DNA from: Yuukianura sp. NJ FZ-2021
Taxonomy: Eukaryota
Reading direction: 5' to 3'
DNA: 64,000 nt
Assembly (NCBI GenBank): GCA_046563655.1
Contig: CM102290.1
Span: 14,446,001-14,510,000 of the forward strand
Part shown: positions 30,144 to 49,140 of the stretch, in pieces
How positions within the stretch are numbered: position 1 is the stretch's first letter
Layout of the letters: each line of letters opens with the position of its first letter
The notes under the pieces: generated by a model
What the model was told of the DNA's origin: nothing
Databases searched by the model: none
What the model saw: only the letters and a program-made list of their open reading frames with translations
Made by a program: the position numbers and the translations under genes

Positions 30144-33100
30144 ATGGACGGCCTGGATATCAAAACTCCGAAGGTAAGAAGATACTTATCTCCGTTGGGT
30201 GTTGGATGATTACTTTACACAATCGATAGATTACTATCGTCATTTGTCATCATCACGAACGAGTCACGTCATAAGAGGCTATACGTGTGACCTTAAAATG
30301 TATGTGTGAATGTCGCTCTTGAATCTTGACCTTTTAGTTTGTTCTAAGCCTATACAGGATATCGATTGGACAGGACATGACATGCTTCGATTGGTCAAAA
30401 GTGGAACATCGCTGAGGTGGATATTTTGTTGGCAAGAATTCGCTACGTGACCTGTACCTGCTCAAGCTTTCTTAGGACACATAGGTCATAAATTATGCTT
30501 CGGACACACACGCATCTTCTGGAGTCAACCAACGAAACATGATATATCCACTTAGTAGTAACCCAAGAAGCATGTTCTAATTGATGACACGGTCAACTGT
30601 CGCTGCGGACATTCAGAAACTAAGAATCAAATCGTTGACCTCGCGGATACCGGAAAGCATGCACGGGTCGGAATCATTTTTCGTTTTTTGAGCAGTCCGA
30701 AATGAAAAACGCCCGTTTTGGTTTCTAGGTGTTTGATAAGTCCGATTTTCAGTTATTTTATTGATTAGTGAAAGAAATTATGTATGACAGCATATGGTGT
30801 AAATGTTGGTTGTATGTTTTAATTGATTTTTTTTCTGTTTCGTCAGTCAGGACCCTTTTTTTGTGGATATAAGCTGTTGAATGTTGCGAGCAGTTGATCG
30901 TGATCTCGTGACGTGACCACAGTTGACAAAAAGACTGTTGTCATTGACATTGTGTCTTCGGAATGTGCGTGTCCAGGATCGGAGATCATATGATCTTCTC
31001 CTTCCAGGAAGATCTGGATTGAACCGGAGGAGCAGAGGAGGAATCTGGATCGATACTCCAGCTTAAGATATTCCCTCAGAACATTTTTAATCATCTGTCG
31101 CAGTGTAGCGAGTAGTGTTAGGAGTAGAATGAGACTTCAAATTAACAATTAACTTCACTTAGCTTGTCACTTCCAGGAGCATCTAGATCGTTGTCTTTTT
31201 GGTATTCAAGTAGGCAGGCCGACAGGGCGAGGTTCCTGACTTTCAATTAGCCTAAAACGTCTCCTCGACGACTTTTTTAAAAAGTGAATTTGAAATTTAG
31301 AATGACATGGACAAGGCAGAGGGGGTTTACACTTTTTTGAAAGAATTGATTCGGTCATGTGACGGAAGCAGTGTGGCCTACCATTATCGTCACACGTCCA
31401 AACGATTTCGGGATGTAGCTTATAAGATCAAGGCACTTGATTACTAATTAGTTAAAGTTAAAGGTTTTAGATTAATTGATTTTCTGTTTTGATTGATTTT
31501 TAGGTGGACAATGTTGGCCTTGTGGAGAGATTCACGTCCAGGAGGAACGCAGTTGGGATTCTGTACTTGACGGCAACACATTTGATTTATGTGGATCATG
31601 ACAATAAACGAGAGACTTGGGTAAGAGTTGTGGACCAAAGTTAATTAAAAGTTATAAGTTAATTAAAGTAGATTAATTGAAAAAGAGTGTGTTTTACTTT
31701 TTAGATTCTACATTCACATATCTCCACTGTGACGAAGTTGGCGCTGACACCGACCGGCTCTCCGCTCACGGTGAGAACCAAAACGTTTTTGGCCATGACG
31801 TTCATCATTCCGAAAGAAAGAGATGCACATGACCTTCTGACCTCCCTCACTCAGATGTGTCAACCAGGTTAGTCAAATTTCCAAAACAAATATCAAAATT
31901 TCAAAATTTTTTCAGAGTGTAAAATTTTTTTAATTTTCGTTTTTGGTTAGCCAACATTGAAGACTTGTACTGCTTTCGATACAACAAAGGATCAGATGAC
32001 CTGCCGAGAGGCACTGGCTGGTCACTCTTTGACCTCCAGACGGAATTCGAGCGTATGGGAATTCCAAATGAGTCTTGGACAATCACCACGCTCAACAAAG
32101 ACTATGAAGTACTCAAATTCTCAAAAAACTTAAAATTTTCAAAATTTCAGTTTCAAAGAAAAGTTTTAACTTTTTTTGAATTTACAGATATGTGATACCT
32201 ATCCGCGATACCTCTACGTTCCAGCATCAGCCCCAACGTCAGTCCTGTTAGGCTCTTCACGTTTTCGAAGTCGCGGAAGATTTCCAGCCCTGAGTTACCT
32301 CCATAGCAGTAAAGTAAGATTCAACAACATTTTGAAAAATGTGAAAAATTTTCGTTTTCGCTCAAAAATTCTCTCATAATTTGAAATTAATCTCCGTAAA
32401 ATTACGTTTTTAGGCTGCCCTTTGTCGTTGTAGTCAACCACTGTCGGGATTTAGTGCTCGATGTGTCGAGGACGAGCATCTGATAACTTGTATTCAAAAA
32501 GCAAATCCAAATACTGCTCAACTCTATGTCGTAGATACCCGGCCTAGAATCAACGCCATGGCAAATCGGGCTGCAGGAAAAGGCTACGAGAGTGAAGCCA
32601 ACTACGAAAATACAAACTTCCACTTTGCTGGGATCGATAACATCCATGTCATGAGATCCAGTCTCGCTCGTCTCCTCGAAAGTAATTCAAAGTTTAATTA
32701 ACTTAAAATTCAACTCAATTAACTTAAACTTAGGTCAATTAAGTCCATGTTTTACTTTTTGTAGCCTGTGAACTCAAAACTCCTGCCATGGGAGCCTTTC
32801 TGAACGGCCTGGAGGGCAGTGGATGGTTGAGACACATCAAGGCCATCATGGATGCTGCCGTGTTCATTGCCAAGTATTCCGACAGCTAATTGTTAATTAC
32901 AAAGTTCACTAAGTGGACAATTAATTAAAAGTTTAACTACGGTAATTCATCGTTTTGTGTTTGTTTTTGCAGAACTTTGGAAGATGGTTGTTCCGTGCTG
33001 GTTCACTGCTCCGACGGGTGGGATCGAACAGCTCAAGTTTGCGGTTTAGCTCAAATTCTGGTGGATCCTTACTACCGAACACTCCATGGATTCCAGGCGG

Positions 33101-34444
33101 TCATCACTAAGGAGTGGCTGTCATTTGGACACAAATTTACTGACCGATGTGGCCACATCCAAGTGGATCCTAAGCAAATCTCGCCGGTATTTACGCAGTG
33201 GCTGGAGTGTGTTTGGCATCTGACGCAGCAGTTTCCATTTGTGTTTCAATTTAACGAACGTCTCCTCATCACCATCCATGACCACGTTCACTCCTGTGAA
33301 TTCGGCACGTTCGTTGGGAATTGCCAAAAAGATAGAGTCGATTTAAGGTAATTGATTAATTGCAATTAACTTTACTAATTGTTTTACTAAATTCGTGTTT
33401 GTTTTTTGCAGAGTTGAGGAAAGAACGTACTCACTGTGGGGCTACATTGCAAATAACATGAACGAGTTTCTGAATCCAATGTATCGCCCAGATCTCAATG
33501 TTGGATTTATTCAGCCCAACTTGGCTCCACAAGTTTTTAGGTAATACTTGGCAAGAATTCGGCAGTACTTGGGAAGTATTTTGGGTAATTGATTGCTTTT
33601 TTCGTAGGTTCTGGAGAGAAATGTACTGTCGGTGGGAAAATGGAGTTCATCCCCGGGAGTCTCTGGTGGATTTGATGGTGGCTTCCAAAGATCACATCAA
33701 TTCACTGGAAGATCACATTCGACTGTTGCAGAAGAGGATAAAGGCGCTGGAAGCGAAAGTACTGCCAAGCATTTCCAACGGAACGCTGTCAATGTCCACG
33801 TCTTCTGAAACGCCTGTCCATGACAACCGTCTTACGTTTAAAAATTCAAACGATGAGGTAAAAACTGGGACTAATGGAAAATAATCATTGTATTTTGATT
33901 TTTCACTAATTCATTGATTTTTCGTTTTTTTAAATTTCAGATGAACATGAAATTAAAAAATGAGTTTGACCCGCTTATGGTGACGGACCAGTTTGGCCCG
34001 TTGTCAACAAAGTCTTGTGGGGCTGGAACTGACGCTGGAAGCGATTTGGCCAATCATGTCAGAAAATCGTCGTTTGATTGCAAGAATTCTTCTAGTCAAG
34101 ACGACGCTTTAGGAGTGGACAGTTTAGTGACTGAATTTCAATCGGTAGCACTCGACTGGAAGTCGCTTCGGGGTGTCAAAGAGTGTCAATGCTCTGCTCC
34201 TCTGGATTTTACTACTCGCAAGGTTAACTTTAATTAACTAAGTTAATTAGTTATGAATTAATTGATTTTTAACTAATTGTGTCAATTGCAGAGTCATTGT
34301 TGGAGATGTGGAGAGATATACTGTTCAAGGTGTCTGGACAAATGGGCCTCACTGCCTGGGCACTTGAGTCAAAAACAGTCGCCCGTTTGTCGCCAATGTT
34401 ACCGGTTTCTCAATCGTTCATTTTCAGTGGAATCTCCAGACTAA
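30144..34444 (+). CDS. MTMR6: Myotubularin-related phosphoinositide 3-phosphatase, MTMR6/7/8 subfamily, with C-terminal FYVE-like zinc finger
   Basis: Approx. exons 30144-30173, 31504-31620, 31705-31867, 31951-32108, 32188-32313, 32414-32681, 32765-32873, 32973-33347, 33412-33540, 33609-33857, 33941-34222, 34292-34444. LYLTATHLI (PH-GRAM), CDTYP, FRSRGRFPALSY, DTRPRINAMANRAAGKGYE, intact catalytic VHCSDGWDRT, C-terminal CQC..HCWRCGEIYCSRC..CRQC. Confidence 0.95.
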
Positions 34445-35251
34445 ACGTTTTCCTGCCGATTACTTCCTCTCCGATGGTACTACTAAAAAGTAATCAGTCG
34501 ATTACTCCCTGGCTGCCAAGTAATCGAAACAATCGTCCTTCCAAAGTAATCCAAATTGGACACATTCTGACTTATTCTCCAAGGATTCCATGGAAGATGT
34601 ACCTGATGACCTTTGACCTCTGACATTAATGTTTTTTAGCTTCCTAAGGAATTGACATGAGATTGTCTTTTGAATGTCAATTGACACTAAACATCAATCA
34701 CACTTTGCAGAAATATGACAATGGAATTGTTAAGTTTATGTTGTTTATGTTTCAAATTGTTTACCTTATGTAAAATTATTACTAAACTTTAAAAAATTAC
34801 TAATTTTGTCAATTAATTGAGTATTTCAACTTGAATTAATTTTGAATCACAAAACTAATCGTTCAATCACTCGGTAAGAACAATTGAAATAAAAAACGCA
34901 CAAACTTTAAAAAACGAACCTCGTTCATGTGACTTTTTTGTGTCTAAAATGTTGTTTTTATGAAAGACGTACTCTACATACTGTATTTAGCATTTGACTA
35001 TGTACAAGTTAATTAGTAATCGTATATGACGTTATTATTTTCAATTTATTTCTTTAAATATATCGCAAACCGAAGGATTTCATTTGATTTTTTCAATTGA
35101 CGCGACCTGGGAGCGAACGTATGTCGTCAATTTTGAAATTTAAATTAATTGTTATAGCGGGCAAACAAAATCCTCGTGTGAATTTTGGAACCGATGATGA
35201 GCACAACAGGTTATTTCTTCTTCCTTTTCTTCACAGTGGACGTTATGCACG

Positions 35252-36173
35252 TTAACTAAAGTACACCTCAGTAGAACGTTGTAAATCCCAGTTATGAGTT
35301 GAGAGTGTTGTGCGGGCAGCAATTTCGTCGATCCCCATGTCTGAAAGACGACGAACACGAGCTTCGTAATCAAGGTTTTTGTTTGGACCTAATTCACAAA
35401 GTAATTGATTAGTTGATTGACGTTTTTTAGGTGTGAGATGGAGGAACGTACCGTTGGCGTACACAGCCGTCCAGTGCATAGCCGTATTACGAAATACCAA
35501 GGGATACTCTTTGTATTGCCGTGCCACAACAGCGTCTTGTGGATCATCAGGTTCAGCGGCGGCCAAAAGTGCTTGGAGTGAGAGGAGAACAGTTCGTAAG
35601 GTCATCGCTGCGGCCCTGTTGGAATGACGAATATGCTTAGTCTTGGGAAGAATTTCGTTTATTGTGTTGATTAGTTGAATGAATCATACCATTGATCCTT
35701 AAGAATATCAAGACAAATGGCTCCTGTAGCAGAAGAAATATTGGGGTGCCAAATCTTGGTGACAAACCGAACCTGAAAAGAGTCAATTAGTTGGTGACAA
35801 GTCGTACGTCATACGTTTTTGGGATAAAACATGACGAATGGACAGATAAGTCGGATAATAGTGAACGTTCCTTAAGTACCTTGGGGGGATTGAAGGGGTA
35901 AGTCTCTGGGACGATGATTTCCAACTTGAAGGTTCCCCCTTCGTAAGGGGTCTCCGGTGGCCCACCAATTTCTCCTCGAAGAGTCGTCCAGTTATCGTTG
36001 ACAAGCTCGACACGAATGGCACATCGCTGGACCTGAATTGACACAGGGGGAACAATGTTAACTGACGTTCTGTCATTTAAACCAAATCAAATTGATTAAT
36101 CCTAACGTACCTCTTCACTGCGCAGAACCTCTGCAAACTCACGTTTGATTCGCTGAACAGCGATGTTGGCCAT
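35252..36173 (-). CDS. UBE2K: Ubiquitin-conjugating enzyme E2 K (HIP2) with C-terminal UBA domain
   Basis: Five exons. [83 protein letters not shown]-like [13 protein letters not shown]. Confidence 0.96.
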
Positions 36174-37305
36174 TTCGGTGTTGACTATCAATCAGAAGGG
36201 TGGCAGCTACTACGAATGTCTTTTAGGTAAACACGATCTCCGTGGACAGTTTAGTTGGATATCCTGCGCAATTAATCAGTTAGTTTGATTAATTCTGTTC
36301 TAAGAGGTCACTTTTGTTTCTTAAGCAACTTAGTTGATACAATGTCAATGGCCTTACCTATGAACAGGTCAATTTTGGTTCCACGAGTAATTCAAGAGTA
36401 GTAATTAATCCAACTTAGTTTGTTCCTTCCTCCAGTTTGTATCTCAAGTGTCTCAGCACCTTGTTCATGAAATTACTATGCGCCATATGATTTATGATGT
36501 TTCGAGATTTGTCTCACCGATGTCAGGGCCGGCCAGCCACCAAATAGGCCTTTTCTTCTGCGTTTCAAGAATTAATTGTGAAAAAAATGACAAAATCAAC
36601 TCACTTCTCACGTCTCCCTTGCATTTGAATTTACGATAACGTTTTTGTCAATCGCATGTGCTCTGTTACAAATGACTGTTTTACTACTTTCTTTACAATT
36701 TTTAGTATCTTTATAAATGCTTATTGTAACACTAACTGAACTACAGAATGAAACAGATTTCGATAACTTCTTGATTTCTTTCTATATATCCGAAAATTAA
36801 TTCAAAACTTCGAACAACTGGCAGATACTGCGAGAAAAGAAAAATCTTTACCTTATTATACGTACAACGTGTATATAATGGAGGGACTTCCTTTAGTATG
36901 TCCTGGACGTCCTGTAGATTGCAGTGTGAACGTTTTACAAGTAAATGGCTCTCGTTATAGTGAAAACTGGCTATAGTGCCTGAAATCAGTGCCTCCGTGC
37001 ACTAAAAACAAGTTTGACGCATAATTTAATCAAGTTTTCCTCTAACAAATATCACAACCTGCGAAGGGCAGGTGAATGTTGCGTCATACGAAATGTTTTT
37101 GATTCCATAAAAGTTCACGTAGTACATATAAATGTTATGTACATAGTTGATTTTCCGTAATAAAATATTTGCATGGTACCGTAAATTTGTGAATGGCAGT
37201 CAGTTACGAGTTGGCGTCGTGGCGTAGTGCACGTACACGTCGCTACGGCCCTGCAGAGCGTGAATCCTATAAAGGGCGCATGGAGAGAGGTTAGTTCGTT
37301 CAGTA

Positions 37306-43643
<6,338 letters not shown>

Positions 43644-44234
43644 AACCATAAGAAAAAGAAGATTCAATTTATTATTTCAAAAGTAAAAACCACTTCTCAC
43701 CTCTAATTTAAATCTCCGCTCACTTTACTGTGTTATTCAAAAACTCCCGCCCTTCTCAGCTGCTATTAATTACTAATTACTTAATTATCAATTACGAAAA
43801 AAAGAAGTTTTTATTCTCAGTGTTCCCCCTCAATAGATGTAAACTCAAAACTCTCAACTTTGTCCCAAAAATAGCCAAAATCCACGAAAAATTATAATTT
43901 AACAAGAGAAAACGGATTTAACGTGAGACTTATTCGAACAAAAGTAAAAGTGACGAAAAAGTAATTTTCTTTTTTGAAAAATCAGCAAATTGTGTTTAAT
44001 TTTGTGAAAAATCTTGAAATTGGTACAAATTCAACATGATTTTGGAGGTATTTTTTTGGCAGAAAATTCTAATTTCAGTTTGAAATTGCAGATTTTTGGA
44101 GAGTAGAGTAGAATTCTTAAACTTTTTCTGACATTTCGACCAAAACAGCTTGATTAGTGAAAAGTGATAGATTTTGATGAAAATTCTGAACTTATGATAA
44201 TATCCTTAGAAGATTAGAAGTTTTAATTTATTTT

Positions 44235-47200
44235 TTACATAAGTTTTTGAACATTAGTAATCTGGAGGTCAGCCAGCATCTGTGCATAGCCTTTGCCTTG
44301 CGGATCAGGATTGAGTGCTGCAATGCCCCCTCCTCCCAGTGACTCCTCCAGCACAAAGTTCAAGGCCTGCACTCCAGGAACTTCGTATCTGGACAAAACA
44401 TACTCAAGTTAACGTGTTAAGTAGTTAATATACTTAAGTTTAGTTAATATGCTTAGTAGTTGGACTTTGTACCTCTGACAACGTGGCTCCTCATCAGGAC
44501 TGAATTTGTGACGAAAGTATTTCGTAATGACGTCGGAGGTCAAGCAGTGTTGGAGGATGGGGTAGAAGGAGGGCTGTCTTGCGATAACTCCAATGTTACA
44601 ACTGTTGCCTTTGTCACCACTCCGAAGCCATGCGAGGTCACTCAGGCGATACGAGTGGTTGCCGCTTGTGATTGGTGGAGAGGGAGGGTGTGTCGAGGGC
44701 GCTGATTGGTTCAAGTAGTCGAGCGGAGTGATTGGTCCATCCAGTGTTGGTTCTTTGTAAATTTCCTCGTGACCTTCTGACGTCTGGATTTTGACCTCAA
44801 AGGAACTCTTGAGAGCGAGGTAAGAGAAGAAGCGGAGGAGTGGAGTTGGTTTTGGCCGTCCACCAATCACACTGCACAGACCAGGACTAAAAATTTCCAA
44901 GAAAAAAAAATTTAAGAAAAATGGAAAATTAAACAATTTCGAAATTTTCTGGATATGTCAAGTATTTACGCCATTCCGGTTCCGGCTGATGCCAATTCCC
45001 TTCCGAATATCTGAAAATGCAAAAATACAAATTTAAAAAAAAATGTTAAAAAACTGAAAATTTTGAAAAGTTGATTGAGATTTTCTTTCGTTAGTTACTT
45101 CTAAGGCCTTCTTGTCTGGATGATGAACACCAACCCAGAGAACAATATCTCTCGACTCTAAATTCTGCTTTCTAAAATTCAAAAAAAAAATGCTCTGATA
45201 GATATATTCAAAATTTTGAAATATAAAAACGAAACTTTGTTGTTTTTTACCTTGCGTTTTCTCCGTAAGCTTCTTCCGTTCCGAGAATTTGGAGATGAAT
45301 TTTCGTAAAATCTGGCAGATTCAAGTGCTTAAAAATTCCGCGAGCTCGAGTTAGCAATGCCTCGGCTGTTTTGATTGCTTTTTCTCTTGATCTTGGTCCA
45401 ATGACTGGACAGACACAGATACACTTGTAGCCATCCAGGTAAGTCCCACCTGAAACCATAACAACAGAAGTATGAGTCAATTAATCACTAATTGATTAAT
45501 TAGTAATTCTTATGTGTTATGTCATGACATTAATGCAACGTGCCAATTTTGTAGTAAGCTGTGGGCGGACGTCCTTTGGCTCCGGTGACTCTGACCCCTT
45601 CGGATTCCTCTTGGAGATTTACGTTAGAAAAATCACAGATTACATCTGGAAGAACATAGGCCGTTGGATCCCCGATTTCGTACAGTAACTGCTCAGCGAC
45701 AGTCCCACGACTCACGAGACCACCAGTTCCCTTTGGCTTCGTCAACAGAAAATCTCCATTGTCTCTGCAAACGGCAATTGGAAAGCCTAAAAACATTTCC
45801 AAAATGTCAAAAACTCTTTACAAGTGAAAAAAAAATTCAACATTCTAGTGAGTAATACGCTGGACTGACTCAGTCGTGTATCGCGCTTACCGTTGTACTC
45901 CCATCCAGGAACTTTGTCCCAATCAGTAAAAATTCCTCCGGTGGATTGAGCTCCGCATTCAATTAAGTGTCCCGCCAAAGATCCGATGGCCATGAGGTCA
46001 AAGTTGTCCTGCTTCCACTTGAACTAGCACACAAATTAAACCAAAATGAACAAAAATGAATCAATCTAGCTTCAAAATCTTAACCTTGCAAAAAACGTTG
46101 CAATTGAACAAAAATGTAAAGTAGTGACATACCTCATGTATCAATGGCCCCAGAGCCAAGGCACTATCAGTACACCTCCCAGTTATGACAATGTCGGCTA
46201 GTTCCAGTGCACGACTTATCGGTCCAGCGCTGAAACAAAACACAAAATGTTGAAACTGTATCGACTGGCAAACTGTTTTCAAATGTACCCCAAATAGGCA
46301 TTGGCACTTGTCACTGCCGATGGATTTGGACACTGCTCCTTGGTCATTTTGTCCCGCGACGACATCACGTCGTCACCAGTGACCAAGGCTACTTTGAGCT
46401 TAGTGTTGCTCTTTTCTGCTGCTGCCAAGACGGCTTTCATGCACGATTGGGGATTGACCCCTCCAGCATTTGCCACGACCTTGATTCCTACAAAACGTTA
46501 ATCAAACGTCGATCGACTCATGACATGAGGTAAGAGCATTAATTAATTACTGTAGAAATGTCAATTCAATTGAAGAAAAGCTAACCTTGTTGTTTAATTT
46601 GAGGCAACAGAGGTCCTAACGATTGAACAAAGTCTGGACACCATCCCATCTCTGCATTCTTCTGCCTGGCCGCCACCAAGAGTGACATGGTGACCTCCGA
46701 CAAGTAGTCCATGACCAAGTAGTCCAACTTTCCATGATTAATTAGCTGTGGAACTAAAATTAACGTTAATTAACGATTAAATTTCATTTATCAAGCAGTA
46801 AAGATTGAAAAACTACCGAGAAAATTATATAAAACGGGTAATGCAAAAAACCTATTCATAAAAAATGTAAACAGGAATTTGAATTTGAGGAAACCGCGGG
46901 AGTTTTGTCTCACCAGTAAAACGTCACACAATTTGTTAGGACAATAGCCAATTTTTCAAAAAAAAAATCGTAATTGTTATAAATAATTTTGTTATAATTT
47001 CAAGATTTTTCAAAATTTTTGCCTTTTGAATCTCAAAAATTGTTCTTTCTAAGTGAAAATTTCTCACAAAAACGAAAAACTGGACGCAAATTGATCCAAA
47101 TTTGGGTCATGTCTATTTCTCAAAATTGCAAGCTTCTAGCTTGGTGTCCTTTCATGAATTAAAAAAAGGTGGTTTATCTCGTACAAAAACATAAATTGTA

Positions 47201-47655
47201 CTAAAAATAATTAATTAATATAAATAAACACTCCAGCGTCTCTTGCCATCGATTGCGAATTCCGATTCCATTGGATAAGTTATTTGAACCTAGGAAACAG
47301 CTTTGAAACTTTGTAATTTCTAGAAAAGCAAAAGAGTAGGTGGGACGGAACCGTGACATGTGTCATCACTTTCCCTTTTTTACGTTAAACTTTCAGTTTT
47401 GGCCTATTTTTCTCCGTGAATCGTCCACTTTTAACTCAATTAATTGAGAATTGAACTGAGCAGTGTCACTCCAAGGTCAAGAGGTCACAGGAATAAGCCT
47501 TTAGCTGTATCCTTACCTGCTGTCCAAGTGTCTCCCCAGAATCCACTGGCACATCCAATCCGAACTTCGGATTTAGTGGATAGCCGGACGGTAGAAGTGG
47601 CCAGTGTCCTGGTCATGGTCCACTGGATCCTTCTCAGCTGACAGCCCACACTCAT
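44235..47655 (-). CDS. Acyclic terpene utilisation AtuA (DUF1446) family protein, multi-exon
   Basis: [140 protein letters not shown]. ~10 exons with GT-AG introns. Start ATG ambiguous (47670/47655/47616). Confidence 0.92.
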
Positions 47656-49140
47656 GACAAGGTGACCCATGTCAATGTCTCAAAAGGTCATTCCACTACA
47701 CTGCCCAACTTATTAACAGCCCAGGAGCCAGTGGCTTATCTAATTACTTCAATTGATGACTTCCCTACACCTTCAGTTAACGATTACCGGCCAGTGGTGA
47801 CACGATGGAAACAGGTTTTGTTGCCAAATACTTTGCCACATAAGATCTGAAAGGAGTAGAGTGGATTCTGGCATCTCTGTTTGGTCGTTGGAGTGTTTTG
47901 TGTCCAAAGTCCAACTCGAATCCGGGAACAACTGACGACGATCAACAGATCCCACCAACATTTAAGTTAACTCCTTCTTCAATTAACTAATTGAATGAAT
48001 TATAGTGGACATAGAGGTAGGGTCGAGAGGTCAGCGAGGTCAAGTGACCAAGTATCCAAACAAAAGTGGAAAAGTTCAATGAATTGGTGAGTGGGAAGTG
48101 TGAAGTGATTTATAGCAACTTAATCTTTATCGTGGACTTGATTAATTGTTAATCGAAGAAGACAAGCAAAACAAACATTCATGTACATTTTACATGCAAT
48201 GTACATGTAAAGAGGAGGGGAGGCTTATCCTTGGACTAGTAAATACAAATATCATATGATTCATCTCCAATCACGCATCACTTCACAAGGATCTTCGTCT
48301 GTGTCATGAATCCTCTGCTGTTGGTGATCAATTAACTTAAATTTTCAATTAATTCATTCCTGTACCCTTGAAAGAAGAGGTCAGCTGAATTTTTCATCAA
48401 TTAGTTCCTAGGAAGGTGTATTGGTGAGAGGGAGGTCAACTGGATACTACCCAAGTGACATGACAGTACTAGCAGTAATGTACTGGAAAAAGTAAGTACT
48501 GTGATTAATTAGTTTTTAATTAACTTTTGTTAATCCTTTTTACTCAAATTGTGGATATCCGGACCAGTAATCTCGGTTTCTACCATGCCATATGCAAAAC
48601 TTTACAGGGAAGAGTGGAATGAAAACTTGTACAAATCTTCAACTTTGCACTACGTAAAATCCTAAAATTTTGAATTTTAAGATTTCCAATGATGAACCTG
48701 ATTTTATGTAATTTTCCGATCGGTGCTGCTTATAACTGAAGAAGTTGTAAACATAAAATACGGTTGAATCATTCAAATTGTGTTGCCCGGTTGTTAAGTT
48801 AGACAAGGAGTGTAATGTGTAAGCTCCAACACCAACGTACCACAAATACACTTTCAGTTACAATGCTAATTTCCTAAGTCACAAATTAATTAGCGATTAA
48901 CTACAATCTAATGACTAAATCTATTTGAGCGAGGTTAAGTTCTGTGTTCAGTGTCGATTGTTAATCGTTTTTTACTTTTTTTTCAGAACTTTATCTCTGT
49001 GACAGACGTAGGAACTTGGAAACTTTTAAGCACAAGGAAAGGAAAATACTGGGTCACTTCTTCAGCGATTTGAGCGTACCTCGGCAGTAGTGAATTTACG
49101 ATACTTGTGGAATCTCATCCAGCTACTGCTGCTGTAAATC

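Noticed and set aside
32874..32972. MTMR donor GTATTCC as a U12-type intron
   Set aside because: Does not match GTATCCTT and no TCCTTAAC branch site is visible.
44235..47670. AtuA as bacterial contamination or recent horizontal transfer
   Set aside because: Multiple spliceosomal introns in host style, flanked by PRPS and JIP3.
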